Below, piece by piece: positions 63,767 to 64,000 of a stretch of 64,000 nt of DNA (position 1 is its first letter; each line of letters opens with the position of its first letter). The DNA comes from Alphaproteobacteria bacterium. GTDB taxonomy: Bacteria; Pseudomonadota; Alphaproteobacteria; SHVV01. The stretch covers positions 3,808,001 through 3,872,000 of the forward strand of contig OZ253470.1 of NCBI GenBank assembly GCA_965261735.1. Direction: 5' to 3'. A program made the position numbers and the translations under genes. Below the pieces are notes generated by a model, which saw only the letters and a list, made by a program, of their open reading frames with translations, ran no database searches and was not told the DNA's origin.

Positions 63767-64000
63767 CGCCCCTCTATTGCGGTGCTGCCGTTCAACAACA
63801 TGAGCGGCGATCCCGAGCAGGAGTACTTCAGTGACGGCATCACCGAGGACATCATCACCGACCTGTCCAAGGTGGCGGGCCTGTTCGTCATCGCCCGCAA
63901 CTCGGTCTTTGCCTACAAGGGCAAGTCGATCAACGTGGCGGAGGTCGGGCGCGAGCTCGGCGTGCGACATGTCCTCGAGGGCAGCGTGCGCAAGGCCGGC

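Larger units (their letters stand above)
62084..64000 (+). pseudogene. Class III adenylate/guanylate cyclase with TolB-like domain, interrupted by IS1595; continues beyond the window
   Basis: RKLAAILSADVAGYSRLM, AGDSV, FRIGINLGDV, GDGVNVAARLE; removing the IS and one TSD restores [35 protein letters not shown]. Confidence 0.93.

Overview
GC-rich bacterial chromosome segment, most likely alphaproteobacterial (inferred from the gene order rlmB/tRNA-Tyr-Gly-tuf-tRNA-Trp-secE-nusG, adk-rpsM without infA/rpmJ, rplQ-degQ-rarA-rluA, lipB-FliN-like-tRNA-Leu-mgtE). It has three parts. (1) 1-11.2 kb: a type III glutamine synthetase, then a mosaic of mostly broken accessory genes on the 3' side of tRNA-Thr: membrane-protein remnant, frameshifted dinB, an intact tandem-SH3-like/SprT protease, IS6 and IS256 remnants, an intact HigBA-like toxin-antitoxin pair with an operator palindrome, a truncated tyrosine integrase joined to a truncated EEP nuclease, an acyltransferase remnant, an AT-rich pseudogene split by IS1595, a soxG remnant and a metF-like gene. 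(2) 11.3-47.6 kb: the core transcription/translation supercluster (two identical tuf copies, rpoBC, str, S10, spc and alpha operons) plus degQ, rarA and rluA. (3) 47.7-64 kb: a complete four-gene Na+-translocating biotin-dependent acyl-CoA decarboxylase operon (mmdA-D-C-B-like) with acyP, then lipB, mgtE, a leucine catabolic cluster, a DASS/SLC13 transporter, and an adenylate cyclase cleanly interrupted by a second IS1595 copy. The best candidates for something new are the Na+-pump decarboxylase operon, the SH3x2-SprT gene beside dinB, and the atypical GSIII. All family assignments come from motif recognition only; no searches were run.
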